Shown here: positions 24,101 to 44,050 of the stretch, piece after piece
Layout: every line of letters begins with the position of its first letter
Numbering within the stretch: position 1 is the stretch's first letter
Origin: Antedon mediterranea
Lineage: Eukaryota; Animalia; Echinodermata
Direction of reading: 5' to 3'
DNA: 64,000 bases
Assembly (NCBI RefSeq): GCF_964355755.1
Contig: NC_092676.1
Coordinates: 14,898,871-14,962,870, forward strand
The notes under the pieces: generated by a model
Database searches by the model: none
What the model saw: the letters and a program-made list of their open reading frames with translations, nothing else
What the model was told of the DNA's origin: nothing
Translations under genes and position numbers: made by a program

Positions 24101-27100
24101 TGTACGGAGGAAGCTCGAACAAGACGAAGCGCGAAACAAATAAAAGCGCAGCGCGAAACATCTGAAATGATATACAATTTCCCAAAACATGAAAACACAG
24201 AATATATTATATTAATATAACTTTTTAATATTTCCAAAGGCTCGGACAAGGAAGAAGGGCCTTAAAAAACTGAATTGCTATATGTTAGACCACATTTCCA
24301 TAACTTTTCAAAACTCATCGAACCCTCTGCTAGTAGGCCTAATCAATATAGGAGCGTATCGCCAAATCATTAGAGAAAAAAAAACATGGCATGAAGATGT
24401 AATTAATCAAACAACGGCCAAAGAATACCAACAATTTTAATTTAGGTTTCGATTCGTAATTACTAATGTGGTGGACTAAGCCTAGTTTGAAACTATAGTG
24501 ACCATTTATTTTAGAAAGAAAGATAGACAAATTTGTTTCCATCTCCATGTTATTGTTAATACCAAGGCACTTTTCATTTAATTAAAAATTCTGGCCTAGT
24601 ATTCTTGCAAGGTCGTCACAGCTCCAGTTACAAAGGTCGTCACAGCTCCAGTTACAAACGGTGATACAAAGTGTCAATCATTTGACCAGTGAACAGCCCA
24701 CTGGTAGGATAGTCCTTGAAACCGTCCGTAAAACACATTAATCACTCACATCAGTCATGCCGCTAATGGTTGAAAACCTCACTTTTTGGGGTTTTCAAAC
24801 GTAACGCTATCCGGGGCTCCTGCGCCTAATGCTCTATTCTTTTGTACACAAATTTTGTAAATAGAGAGGCATTTTAAAAAGCTATGAAATCTTCTTGGTT
24901 TTTATGGCAGAATTTTGCAAAATTTTGTATTTGACCATATTAAGGGAAATTCATGTTTTTCCGTCTTGATTTCTGTTACAAAGATTTGATTTATGTACAA
25001 TTAACCAGATATTATATTAAAAATTATGCCTGTACCTGAGCTTTAAGCTGTACCAAAATTGACTACAAGAACAAGTTATGCTTTCATGTTCTTTATTGAA
25101 GTTACTACTTAGGTTACTTTCTTTATGCACAAAATGATTTGTTAAAGCTAAAATAATCGTTAATACATAAAACACTAGTGCATCATAACGAGCCTGCTTT
25201 GCTTTAATGCATCGGTCACATTTCTGACCGTCCTGTATGGTCACACCGCCGGGGGTCTATCACAGTCAACCACTATAGGAAGTCAATACAAATGACCATG
25301 ATAACAATTGTAGAGCTAGTAGCAATGGGTAATTTACAATAGCTAAGTGTGCAATAATGTAACAAACTTATATTAGAATATCCTTGCACTGAGGTCTTTG
25401 TGGAGACACCGTGGGTACATAAGTAATATGTAGCCCAATATGACGCAATTATCCTAAACAAATATTTTTTGTTTTTATTGATTTTCATGTTTTTAAAGAT
25501 GTATTGTCCCTTAAAACACAAAAAAATGAAGGTCAAAATATTCTAAATTTAAATTGGCCATATCAAAGTAATATTAAAGTTATTCACCTTAAGTCGAAAA
25601 TTCGAGCAAAAAACAACAATTTTACGTAATTAACAGCTAAATTAATTTGATAACATTTCGTCTGGATAAACGTCCCGAGCGAAAGTAAACAAAGATTTCA
25701 AACCATGAGTATACATTATGCATGATGCTAATTAGGATTGTTTACAACTCGTCACGAATGAGAAGGTGTTTTCACACAGATCGCGAGGAAGTTTTATGAT
25801 TATGCATACAGAGTAGCCAAATAAGCGCGTTGCATTATGAGATATGTTTTGATAGAAAACTTTGACTAGAAGTCAAAGTTATTTTTTGAACCAAAAAACG
25901 TCTGTATTTCAGTTAAATGATTTTTTGTCGACTCATTTTTGGTGAAAATTAATCACTATTATCATACTTCAAAATGAGCCACTTTTTTTCGATTTTTTAT
26001 TTTTTTTGGGTGAATTTGACAAAGGGACAATACATCTTTTACATTCGACTTCTAATCCTTATTCCCTTTCACGAAGCACTAATAAATACGAAATACAACA
26101 GTTATTCGATTGGATTTCCATCGTTAGTCTATTTTATGGCAGGCGTTGATTTGAATATGATTGACTCATAACATTCTTTGTACTCACTTTAGCAACGGTG
26201 CTGTGGCTACTCATCTTCTACTGATTGGAATAATGTAGATATACAAGGAAGACGATCCGTATTTCCCGATTCTTGCTGTTTATCAATGTTTGAATCTTGT
26301 GGACAAAGTGCAAAAACCAGTGAAGTCTTTCAGGATGTAAGTAGCACCTTTTATGTAAATACATTAATAGCATTCCAATATAGATCCCAAAAAAAATTAA
26401 AAGAAAAGAGTTACATTACTAAAAGTAAATGTACTATGTAAATGGGCCGAGTACGTGGCATGTAATGGTTTCGTGGTGATTAAACTTTCTATACTAATCT
26501 AACTATCTCTTACTATTATTGCTATTATACATTTGGAATAAAAAAAAGTAGGTTAGTTTACTTTAAAAATAGGAAATTATATCAAATTGTGATTTTAAAT
26601 GATTTATATATTTTAATTAGCCATTATATTCATAGTAATGTTTATATAATTGATTTAAAATACTTAAAGATAATAACATTTTAGCAGAACATTCATTAGA
26701 AAGAGTTATATCAATATATATTAGTTATTCAGAAAGCACCGATATGATTGGATAATTATTAGCAAAGAATTTACCCATTTGTAGCCTAGTGGGTAGATGC
26801 AGAAAATTGTTCAGATATATTTTTGGCTAGAATCGGGTGATTACGCCATTATAAGTAAAAAATGAAGATATTTCCTTTCTCAGAGTATCATTTTTACAAA
26901 GTAGCTTTATTTATTTCCTTTGGGTTTTCTTTGTCAGGGATGCGAAGAAGTTATATCGAGAACCGTTGACAGCGTGTTACACAACTTGTTTGTCAGCTCA
27001 CTTGGTTTTTCATTTGCAATGGTAAGTTGATATGCCCCTTAGACTCATATATCATCAAACAACAGACTATATGAAAGAATTTACCCTAATGAAAAATAAT

Positions 27101-27300
27101 ACTCAATTTTTCAGATTATTGCAATGGTTTTTACCTTATGTGTACTGTGTCGGTCCGATGAAAGCCAGCAAGAAACAGAACAAATAACAATAAAGATGGA
27201 GGAAAACAAATCTTCCACCAAAAGTAAAGGCAAACTGCTCTCTAAAGAAAAACTGAAAAATCTGTTCAGGAAAGAAGAAAATTCTTCAACACAAAAATAA
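18174..27300 (+). CDS. Tetraspanin C (about 283 aa); exons 18174-18239, 18588-18785, 18915-19088, 26193-26336, 26938-27021, 27115-27300
   Basis: Phase-0 GT-AG exons give MAKCLQVMCMNVCVSFLSVTLL, four TM segments, WDQLQSQ-QRCCGYSS, PDSCC, C, GCEE, and a long Lys/Glu-rich tail. Intron 3 is 7.1 kb and filled with TEs. Confidence 0.9.
19110..19900 (-). mobile_element. Gypsy LTR-retrotransposon integrase relic
   Basis: The minus strand reads TPFERMAADLIGPIEP, YILVLMDLATHYP and LGIPKQILTDRGSQF, with frameshifts and stops. Confidence 0.8.
21943..22103 (+). mobile_element. 5'-truncated copy of the Deu/Nin SINE with 9-bp TSD
   Basis: Near-identical to 15209-15374. It is flanked by AATAGAATA at 21934-21942 and 22104-22112. 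Confidence 0.88.
22104..23790. repeat. Higher-order satellite: 21-bp monomer (TGTGCTATCCATTTGAAA[G/T]AA) x1-5 alternating with a unit of about 65-75 bp
   Basis: Directly visible. The first unit starts at about 21919 and is interrupted by the SINE. Confidence 0.92.
25497..26037. mobile_element. Kolobok-like MITE
   Basis: TIRs AGATGTATTGTCCCTT / AAGGGACAATACATCT, with flanks TTAA and TTTA. Confidence 0.7.
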
Positions 27301-28889
27301 GGAAAAAAAACGGAAAAAGTCATTCTGGACACGGAAATGAATTATTATAATTGTAAATTCTTCAAGAAATATAAAATACCACATTTAATACCGTCGTAAC
27401 CAGGAAAATTGATAATTCACTCTTCCAACAAACACATCTATTATGTTATATGAGTTCCATCTTCTTCTTTTTCTTTTTCTTCTTCCATTTAGAACCAAAC
27501 CTCATTTTTAAGGCTACTGTTGTTATTTTCATGCATAGTACGGTGCAGTCATACACATTATCTTTTTTTCACGTCGTTTTGCTGTTTAAATACATTTCTT
27601 AACGTCATTTGTACAGCTACTTGGCGATAGTGCCGAGCAACCCTCCTCCTATCTTCTAACGTAATTTACTGATTAAACGAATTTAGGTTAAACCATTTGT
27701 TACGACGAGGAGGGGTGTATAATGTGTTCAATACTGAAATAAATCCACACACAATAATAGAAGGATACTTCGAAATGTCCTATCTTCGTCTAAAATAATT
27801 GCTGAAATCCTCCACACAACTCGATTATAACGTCGTCGTTGTTGACTGGCAAGAACAATAATAACATTTGAAATAGTTTAGAATATACGTTAATGCACCA
27901 TTGAAAAAATGCAAAAAAGTAGTAGGTCTCTTTGTATGCGAACAAAACTGTGATTCGTTTGTGGTTGATTAAACAAATGGTTGTCCAACCGCTTTAGCCA
28001 ACATATTTTGATGAATAAAGGTTTCACGAAATGTTTTATTGAATTTGACTTTTATTATTACATTAGCTTCTCATTGAGCCTATAAAATGTATGTAATTTA
28101 TTCAATTTAACTAAAAGATACAAGGAACATAAGTATATTTAACTGTTTAACTGTTACCGTATACTTTATAAATTTACAGAAAAGGTAAATTTAACTGTTT
28201 CAATTTGATACAGTAAAGAATAGTATATTTCATTTATCTAAATATTGTGAAATAAATGTTTTGTTCTCAGTGGAAATAAGTAACATGGTGAACATTGCTA
28301 CAAATTTATATTTCTAAAGGAAAGATCTTTATTGAAGGTAGAAGGTTGACGGTTAATATCCGCATTATCTCTTTATAAATGACATGTTGACACGTGTATA
28401 GCCCTTCCGAAATCTCCGATAATAATTTTTGTAAACTCATACCAGATAGACTTTTTCTATCGAAGGATTTAAATTCCCATTCCAAACCTTTTAGACTGGT
28501 ATGGATATGTAATCGTCAGAATGTATAAGCTATACCGTAGATATTCTAATATTGTAACCCTGGGTTATTATTCTTTGATTGTTTTTAGGGTGAGTTACTA
28601 TTAGAAGCGGGGTTACTTTTAGAAGGGGGGTTACTATTAGAGTAGTGGGTTATTATTATATTACTAATCTTAAATTAAGCACCTGAAAACAGTAACCCAC
28701 TCCCAACTTTTCCGGTCAGCAACTCATAACAAAATAATAAAACAGTACGAATAAACAAATTTGGTTGAACTCTAACTTATAAACTCAAAAACACTCAATC
28801 CTCCCCCACTCCTTATTTACAAAATACGGCTGCATCGTGAACGACAAGTCATTTTGTCAATAGTTGTTGTGACTCTAATAACCCCAATG

Positions 28890-30053
28890 TAATAAAAAGA
28901 CATGGTATTCCTGCGAAATTTGTAATATAATGTGCTTTTCGCAAGTTTTGAAATGAAAGAGTTCGCTTGGGATGGAACTAATCATATCGAGCCCCTACTC
29001 TGCACAGAGCAATGGTCAAGCTGAACGGTGCAAACAGTCAAGCAATTGTCAAGGAAAGCCGCTGATGACTTTCACGGAGATTTTCATTTAGTTTTACACG
29101 CCTATCGACGAGATGCGCCGTTGGGAGGTATCGTTAAATCTCCAGCACAATTGCTGATGAACAGAAGTCTTAGAACACGAATTCCAATCTCACGCGAGCA
29201 ATTTAAAGCCAACACTCTGGTTCCTGACGCACATAATTCATGATCATTAGACAAGACAAACAGACGGAATATTATAATCGTGGAACGCGAACGCTACAAA
29301 CGCTGACAGAAAACGAGAAAGTCCGTCTTAACAAAGGCCAATAATGATTCCCCGCGAAAGTGTATCTGAACATGTTACCCCGAGTCGCTACGCAAAACGG
29401 ACAAGCGTATAGACGCAATCGCCGACAATTAAATCATTCGCATAAAGAAGATATTAACGTTGATAGGGAGGTGGATAAAACTCCTAATTAAAGGACTCGT
29501 TTTTTCATAATTCTCATGCCAGATATTCATGCTCTGTTGTACCCAAATGTTTATACCATAATAGTTTGAGATGTATGCAAATGTTTTCCACCATCATAGT
29601 TTAGATTGTTACCTTTATTCTTGTGTTTTTTCTTTTTTGTGGGGGCAACCCACTTTTATTGCAATGATAAACAATATGGTGATGGTTACAGTATATATGT
29701 CTATATCTATCTATTTATCAATGAATATTTAAGTGATATTACACAGACAGAGGTTAAAAGATTATATAAAATATTTTGATATTGGTTTGAAATCTAGATA
29801 AAACAAATATGTATACAGAGAAAATTTATATTACAGAGCTAAAATGATATAAAGATTGATATTCAGTATTAAAAAAAGATTCGATTTAATAAAGATAAAA
29901 TGGTATATTGCATTATAAGATTATGTTTTGTTTGAATACTTTGATAAATTTGTATAGTTTTACATTTTGAACATAATTTTGCTTTTATTATTTATATGAT
30001 AACATAACAAACTAATAAATATTGCAAAGCTAAACCTTTATTCTTGCTGTTGC

Positions 30054-30093
<40 letters not shown>

Positions 30094-30220
30094 AAAAAAG
30101 GGAGATGTCACATATCTAATGTGTTTGTATGACGTCACAGTTCCCAGACTTTTTCATGAATAAAAGTTACTCTCCATATTGATCTCACATAGCTGGTTGT
30201 TGATTTATTTCTTTGCAACA
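28890..30220 (+). mobile_element. Gypsy LTR-retrotransposon 3' relic: integrase fragment, PPT and 3' LTR (30106-30220)
   Basis: Reads SSPYSAQSNGQAER, SPAQLLMNRSLRTRIP and YRRNRRQL. The polypurine tract AAAAAAGGGAGA precedes a TG...CA LTR containing AATAAA. Confidence 0.8.
30043..30093. repeat. (GTT)n microsatellite
   Basis: Directly visible, just upstream of the PPT. Confidence 0.95.
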
Positions 30221-30774
30221 CAGCTAATAATTGCAACATGTAATAACGTCACACAAAGAAAGGCCAAACAGCAACTACAAAATCAACCAAGCGTTACACT
30301 CAGCATGGCCTATATTCTTTGCCAAATTAAGTAATGTTTTATGATATAAATTAATATAAAATACACGTTATTATGATACAATGTTAAATCTAATTAATAT
30401 TTATTTGTTTTACCAGAAACAAGTTAAATATAGAAATATTATTAAACTTTCCTTCGTGAAAACGCGTTACAACACGCGCACCCGGTTGTTAAAACGAACA
30501 GTTTATAAACAAACAATTAAATATATAAACAACATTTAAAATGATTTGGCATGTAGTTGGTAACACTTTTTATCATGAACACTATCGGTGGTTCCAGGCG
30601 TAGATTAGTGACCGTCATCAAAACAAGTTGTATACATCCTGACTTATGGCGGCGCCCTACCGCATGGACAATAATATTTTTACAGGGAAAACCACGGATT
30701 TAATTCCTGTGATAATCACTGGATGTACTTACTAGGCCTAGGCCTAGTCCCCCTCGGCTAGCTATAGAGGGAAA

Positions 30775-38618
<7,844 letters not shown>

Positions 38619-39237
38619 GGAATTAAAACAAAACATTTACAGTCAAATCAGGAATTAGTCTCTCTTCCTAGAACGACATTCCTCGACTATGGGCTGTGGC
38701 CAAAAACATCTTTTATGGGTAGCTTGAGAAATGACAATAAAAGTATTGTAAGCTTTATGAGGTGGCGTACTTCTTTATATGAGCGTCATTAATTTGGTCC
38801 AGCTGGATGGTTGGGATCTGGTTTGATCCTAAAACCTGATTTTTAGCCACAAAATAAAAAGTTGACAGAACTTGTGCTCTTCTACAGTAGACTACAGAAA
38901 ATAATAGTACATGATGTACTGTAATGTAGTATAAACTAAATAAAGTTTTTTATGTAGTTTCATCAATTAAAATTGTCAACAGCGTTATTCCTATCTTTTC
39001 TATTGTAGTATTGTTTTCTTGATTATTCTAGATTACTAGAGTCAGGCCCACACACGTGCAATAACTAATTGACTTAATTAGTACAGTAGTGTTTTTTGTG
39101 GGGGTGGGGCGTGATGTGCCTTTATGTTAAATTTGTTTTATTTTTACCTATATGACCTAATGACCCAAATTAAGAACACCACATAAATTGAATGTGTGTT
39201 AACAGTCATACTGCATAATACTGACCAGATTCGTCAT

Positions 39238-39700
39238 TAGACCGGGTGCCCAGAGAATGTATTCATGTGAAAAGCCACAAAGGGATTGATGGCATGATTA
39301 TGTAGATATATGGCTAAGATTCAATAATCAATATTGCTGCTGGATCCTATCATATAAATGTACCCTAGGGGCACAAAATGAGAGGGGTAAGAAATGGATT
39401 TAATCATGTGAAAAGCCACACGGATAAAAGTTGTAAGTTGCCCCAGACAGTAACCCATGGGGTTAAGCCCAACTAGATTTAATCGCACGAAGAGTCACGC
39501 TACCAATTCCCTTTCTATTGGAACTGCCTTGGTATATACGAAAATACCATTGACATGGACAGTAACTTTATCCTGTAAGTTGGCCCAAACAGTAGCCCGA
39601 AAATGCCCGTTGGGCCCTACAAGATTAAATCACACAATGAGCAAACTTCAGAGACTACATTTCGTCGTTGGTGTGTAATCTCACCTAACGAAGTATGGCT
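39238..39700 (+). mobile_element. Left end of a decayed TAG-terminal element
   Basis: Begins TAGACCGGGTGCCCAGAGA, similar to TAGACTGGCAGCCCAGAGA at 52224. Degenerate subrepeats (GATTTAATC..GAAAAGCCAC) follow. No right end was found. Confidence 0.45.
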
Positions 39701-40689
39701 GTGTCTGAAATGAAGTTCATGAGTGGCATTGGACCTGGTGAAACACCAGCTAACCAGTTACGTGGACGGTGGACTGAGATGTATTGATGTACTGTACATG
39801 CAATCCATTCGTCACTGATTCGCCCACCACATTAGTAAATGTTGCTACAAGTAAAGCTGCAAAATAATGACATAACAAGTACATATTTACTTATGGAAAC
39901 TATACTAAATATTACACTGTCTACTAAAAGAGATGATTTACTCAGACTTTTGTTGTAGAGCGCACATGTTTCACAACTTCCAGACACTATTCTGTGAAGA
40001 TTTTGGTCATTTGATTATCACTATACTTGACCACCAACATCTCTCCGCCAGGATTGATTCCCGATTCCTCTTTCGAAAAAAGGAAGAGACGGAATCATTT
40101 ACAGTCAACACAATCATTCCAAGCATTTTTTTAAGTTGACATTGACTTGGTTCTATATAGTCTCAAACCCTTGCCACTGCCAATAATGGGTTTTGATGTC
40201 CCATTCATTTTATCCCTTGGTCTATTGTTTTCTAATACTATTATAATGTGCTCCCGGCCTACAATCTGCAATTAATAACATTTAAATGTTGCAAGAAAGA
40301 AATAACCAGAGGCACCATGTGTGTTATAAATATATAATAAATAATAACAATATTATAGATATAATTGGTCCAGTAATTTAAAAATTGTACACAAAATCAA
40401 TAGGACTATAAATCTTCTTTCTTTTAACAATACTTCATTCTACAATATTTCCCTTACAAATAATGTGGTCAATGTTGTTTGTTGTTGTTAACGTTTTCCG
40501 TCTTCCGGCATTACGCTTTCCACAATTGGTTTCCATTTTTTTCTGTTTATGGCAGGATGGTTTGTTATTGTGTTAGTGTTAGTGTTGTGTTAATGTGGTC
40601 AATAATGTAAGTTTATTGTCAATATACATTCCTAGTCACTGTGAACTAAAACTTTGTCTAAAATAATTGCTTTGATCATAAGAGAAACA

Positions 40690-40870
40690 CTTGGGTTTCA
40701 GTTTAAGGGAAACAAACATGGATTTACCATTGAGAGACCAGCATTAGTAGACAATCATTAGTGCCGACTCCATGCAACACTATCAAGATCCTGCTGAAGA
40801 CCCTTGGCATCAGCTTCGGACGATACAGCTTCAGATCATCGGCATACATAAGGCAATGTGAGTTTGCACC
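40690..40870 (-). mobile_element. LINE (CR1/Jockey-type) RT fragment
   Basis: The minus strand reads CLMYADDLKLYR, then, frameshifted, ADAKGLQQDLDSVAW. Confidence 0.75.
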
Positions 40871-41039
40871 AATATACACGTCATGGTGGGATACCCTTCA
40901 TTTAAAATGGTTCAGACTGTGGCTGTCAAAAGACAGATACACGTTGAATGGTCGAGCCTAAAATGCTACCCGTAGATGAGGTGTGACTGACGCCCTCGTG
41001 TATCGACCAAACTGAATTATCTTGCTTCCATGCCATTTT

Positions 41040-41420
41040 TTTTGCACGTTTAACGTCGAAACTGATCATTTTTAAATTTAACGACGTGATGTTTGCATAA
41101 ATGTAGTTCTTTGCACAAATGTTACTTTGGACATTTCACGGCTCAACAAACCTCCTCTTTGGTTTGCAAAATTAATCTCGAAAATAAGCCCTTGGAATCA
41201 AGCCCACTGACGTCTTTTCGAGACTGTATTATCATGAACGTCAAAGGAATGGAAATGTGTACGATCTTATACGATATTATATCAATATATTCATTACTGT
41301 ACCTTACAATCAAGCTGCATGTATTGTTTTCCAAGGTAAACTTGGATTGCATGCATCTTTCTCCTTCTTGTCTGCTTTGTTGGCAAATATGTAAAATTGA
41401 CAGGGAATGTCTAAATAATC
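41040..41420 (-). pseudogene. Decayed Crypton-type tyrosine recombinase fragment
   Basis: Frameshifted blocks LDIPCQFYIFANKAD, KTIHAA, YIDIISYK, KTSVGL and LIFEINFANQRGGLLSREMSKVTF occur in the order expected for Crypton/DUF3504-type recombinases. Recognised by eye only. Confidence 0.45.
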
Positions 41421-41675
41421 ATATTATTATAGTAGCACAGATTTTACAGCATTCCATTCGAAAAGAAGCCCCATTGTTACAACCGCTAATATAGAAAACG
41501 CCAGCTAATGTCGAAACAACCGCTAATGTAGAACAATCCACCGCTAATGTAAAACCTCCAGCTAATGTAGAAACAAAATCAACACCAGCTAATGGAACGG
41601 TCAACAGCTTATTTAGTAACGACATTGCCTGCCAGCTAATGTAGTTACTATCGCCAGCTAATGTAGAAAATGTTA

Positions 41676-42255
41676 TTTTGCTACTCGGAGACTGCGGCAA
41701 TTAACAAACTCATAGAATAATAAATAAAGACGCATACAACATAAGTTCTGGCTTAAATAGTTTAATTAGTAAATGAACATTCACCCATGTAAAACTGCAC
41801 ATAAAAGTCATAAGCAAATATAAGTTATATAGCAATAATTTTCCAATTCTAAGTAAGCACAACAGGGATGCTCAGAGAAAAATAGCCCTATTGCCATAAG
41901 TGTCTAAATATTGGACGGGAGGGAGGGAAAATTGTCTTCAACTTAATGTGATCGTGTTAACAGAGAGGGTGCTTGATCAAAGAGGTCGAAAACCCGCCCT
42001 CTCCGTTCTCAAAATAGAATTGTGTTCCCAGCCCAATTCTTGATTTTTGCTACTCGGAGACTGCGGCAATTAACAAACTCATAGAATAATAAATAAAGAC
42101 GCATACAACAAGTTCTGGCTTAAATAGTTTAATTAGTAAATGAACATTCACCCATGTAAAACTGCACATAAAAGTCATAAGCAAATATAAGTTATATAGC
42201 AATAATTTTCCAATTCTAAGTAAGCACAACAGGGATGCTCAGAGAAAAATAGCCC
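41676..42255. repeat. Direct repeat of about 212 bp (41676-41888 and 42045-42255) with a 156-bp spacer
   Basis: The copies look identical apart from a 2-bp indel. Confidence 0.9.
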
Positions 42256-42324
42256 GCGGCAGGTGCCAAGGCACCGCCAAGAGCAGCCCACCAAAGAGCA
42301 GGAAACAAGGAAGAATGTTCACAT

Positions 42325-43223
42325 GGCCCCGTTTCTGCTGCCAAAAATATACCGTATATATACGGTATATTTTATATACGGTATATTTTTTGGCAGCAGA
42401 AATGGGTCTCATAAAAAATATACCGTATATATTTGCGGTATATATACTGCATAAATATCCCCATCGTTTGTGGATATTATACGGTATATTCCAAAATATA
42501 CCGTATATTTCGTTCCCCGTTTCTGCTGCACTCAAAATATACCGTAAATGTGACCCGACTCATGACACGAGGTCAAAAACTATCAGAGCGCGACGCGTTT
42601 GTTTTGGTTTTTCTGCTGCATTGAAAGTTGAAACACACGTGTAAAAGCAAGCAACAGATCAAAATGTCACTGTGGACCGAACAAATCACTATTTTTGCAA
42701 TTCAATTGTGGGGGGAAGCGAAGGTTGGGGGGAGACTGCATGGCAACAGAAGAGATACCGAGATTTTAATTACAATAAATCGAATGTTCTTACACGACAA
42801 TAACATGATGTAAAATCATGGTAAAATACTGTATAATAGAAAATGGAAATTAAAACGGCAATATAGGATAATATAGCATAATATAAACTCAATTTGAATA
42901 ACAGAGTTTATTTATAGTGACATTTCTAGATTGTGCTTGTATGTGCGGTGTAAATTCGTTGCCACTTCTGCTCATTATATTAGATTTAAAATAGAAAGCA
43001 ATGCTACGACGTTTTGAGTAGGTAAAAACCTCACTACACGAGGTCAATCCATACTTCCGTCTCACGAAATGAATTTTGGGTAATGAAAGCCAACTTTTTT
43101 ACAACCCACCCACGAAGTATGTGCAGCGGAAACGGTGCACGAATTTCATATACGGTATATATACGGTATATTTATACGGTATATTTATACGGTATATTTT
43201 GGGTTGGCAGTAGAAACGGGCCC
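42325..43223 (+). mobile_element. PIF/Harbinger-group deletion derivative with Myb/SANT-like ORF remnant
   Basis: TIRs GGCCCCGTTTCTGCTGCCA / TGGCAGTAGAAACGGGCCC, with AT on both flanks and many ATATACCGTATAT subrepeats. The ORF remnant reads MSLWTEQITIFAIQLWGEAKVGGRLHGNRR. Confidence 0.75.
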
Positions 43224-43528
43224 ATGAAACTGAGATAAAAAATTGTTCAACCAGGACTCCCTGGAAGGGTCTCCAAAGAGACTGATAGGTACAAAAATCA
43301 CCATTAATACAACGGTGCTCCCCATGAAAGTATACGCAGATACTTCATGGCAGTATGTTGAGCATCAGCACCTCCACCCAAGGCTAATCCAAGGGCTCCA
43401 CTACCGTGCACTGCAATGGGAGCAAAGTTGTACTAACACATCGCCAATAAACAATACTGAGAGAAAACAAAAAAATATTTTGTCTAAATAATGTGCAAAT
43501 GCATCTTTTTACTTAGCTATCATTCTAT

Positions 43529-44050
43529 CCACCTCTTGTAAGCAACCGACTCTCAAAAAGGGGAAATCTCGTAAGTGATCACCTCACAAAAAACAGACCG
43601 TACATCGTAAGCAACCACCCTCGTTAGCGACCACCTCTATTGAGAGACCACCATCTCTGTTAAGGGACCGCTTCTCATAATCGATCATCTAGGTAACGAG
43701 AGGTGTTTGATTATGAGAAGTGGTCTCTTAACAGAGATGGTGGTCGTTCAATAGAGGTGGTCATTTACAAGAGGTGGTCGTTACTGGATGTGGTCGATTA
43801 TGAGAAGTGGTCCTTTAAGAGAGTGAGAGAGGTTGTGGTCCCTTAAAAGATGTGGTCACTTACGAGAGGTGTGGTCGTTAAAAGAAGTGGTCGCTTACGA
43901 AAGGTGATCGATTAAAAGAAGCGGTCCTTTATGAGATGAGGTGATCTCTTACGAGAAGTGAGAAGCGGTCCCTTAACAGAAGTTCAATAGAGGTGGTCGC
44001 TAACGAGGATGTTTGCTTACGATGTATGGTCGCTTATTACGAGATGGTTT
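43529..44050. mobile_element. Tc1/pogo-type palindromic MITE with GACCACCTCT/AGAGGTGGTC subrepeats
   Basis: Inverted arrays around an axis at about 43690. Confidence 0.65.

Larger units (their letters stand above)
21086..24828. mobile_element. 3.7-kb non-autonomous DNA transposon with perfect 32-bp inverted ends and an internal satellite
   Basis: CATTAGGCGCAGGAGCCCCGGATAGCGTTACG (21083-21114) is the exact reverse complement of 24800-24831. The TSD is 2 bp (TA or AT, ambiguous). Confidence 0.8.

Noticed and set aside
39900-40270. Possible minus-strand exon or coding relic
   Set aside because: All frames contain stops and I recognise no protein family.
42239-42644. Overlapping Tyr/Ile-rich ORFs on both strands
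   Set aside because: They arise from ATATACCGTATAT subrepeats of the Harbinger-type element.
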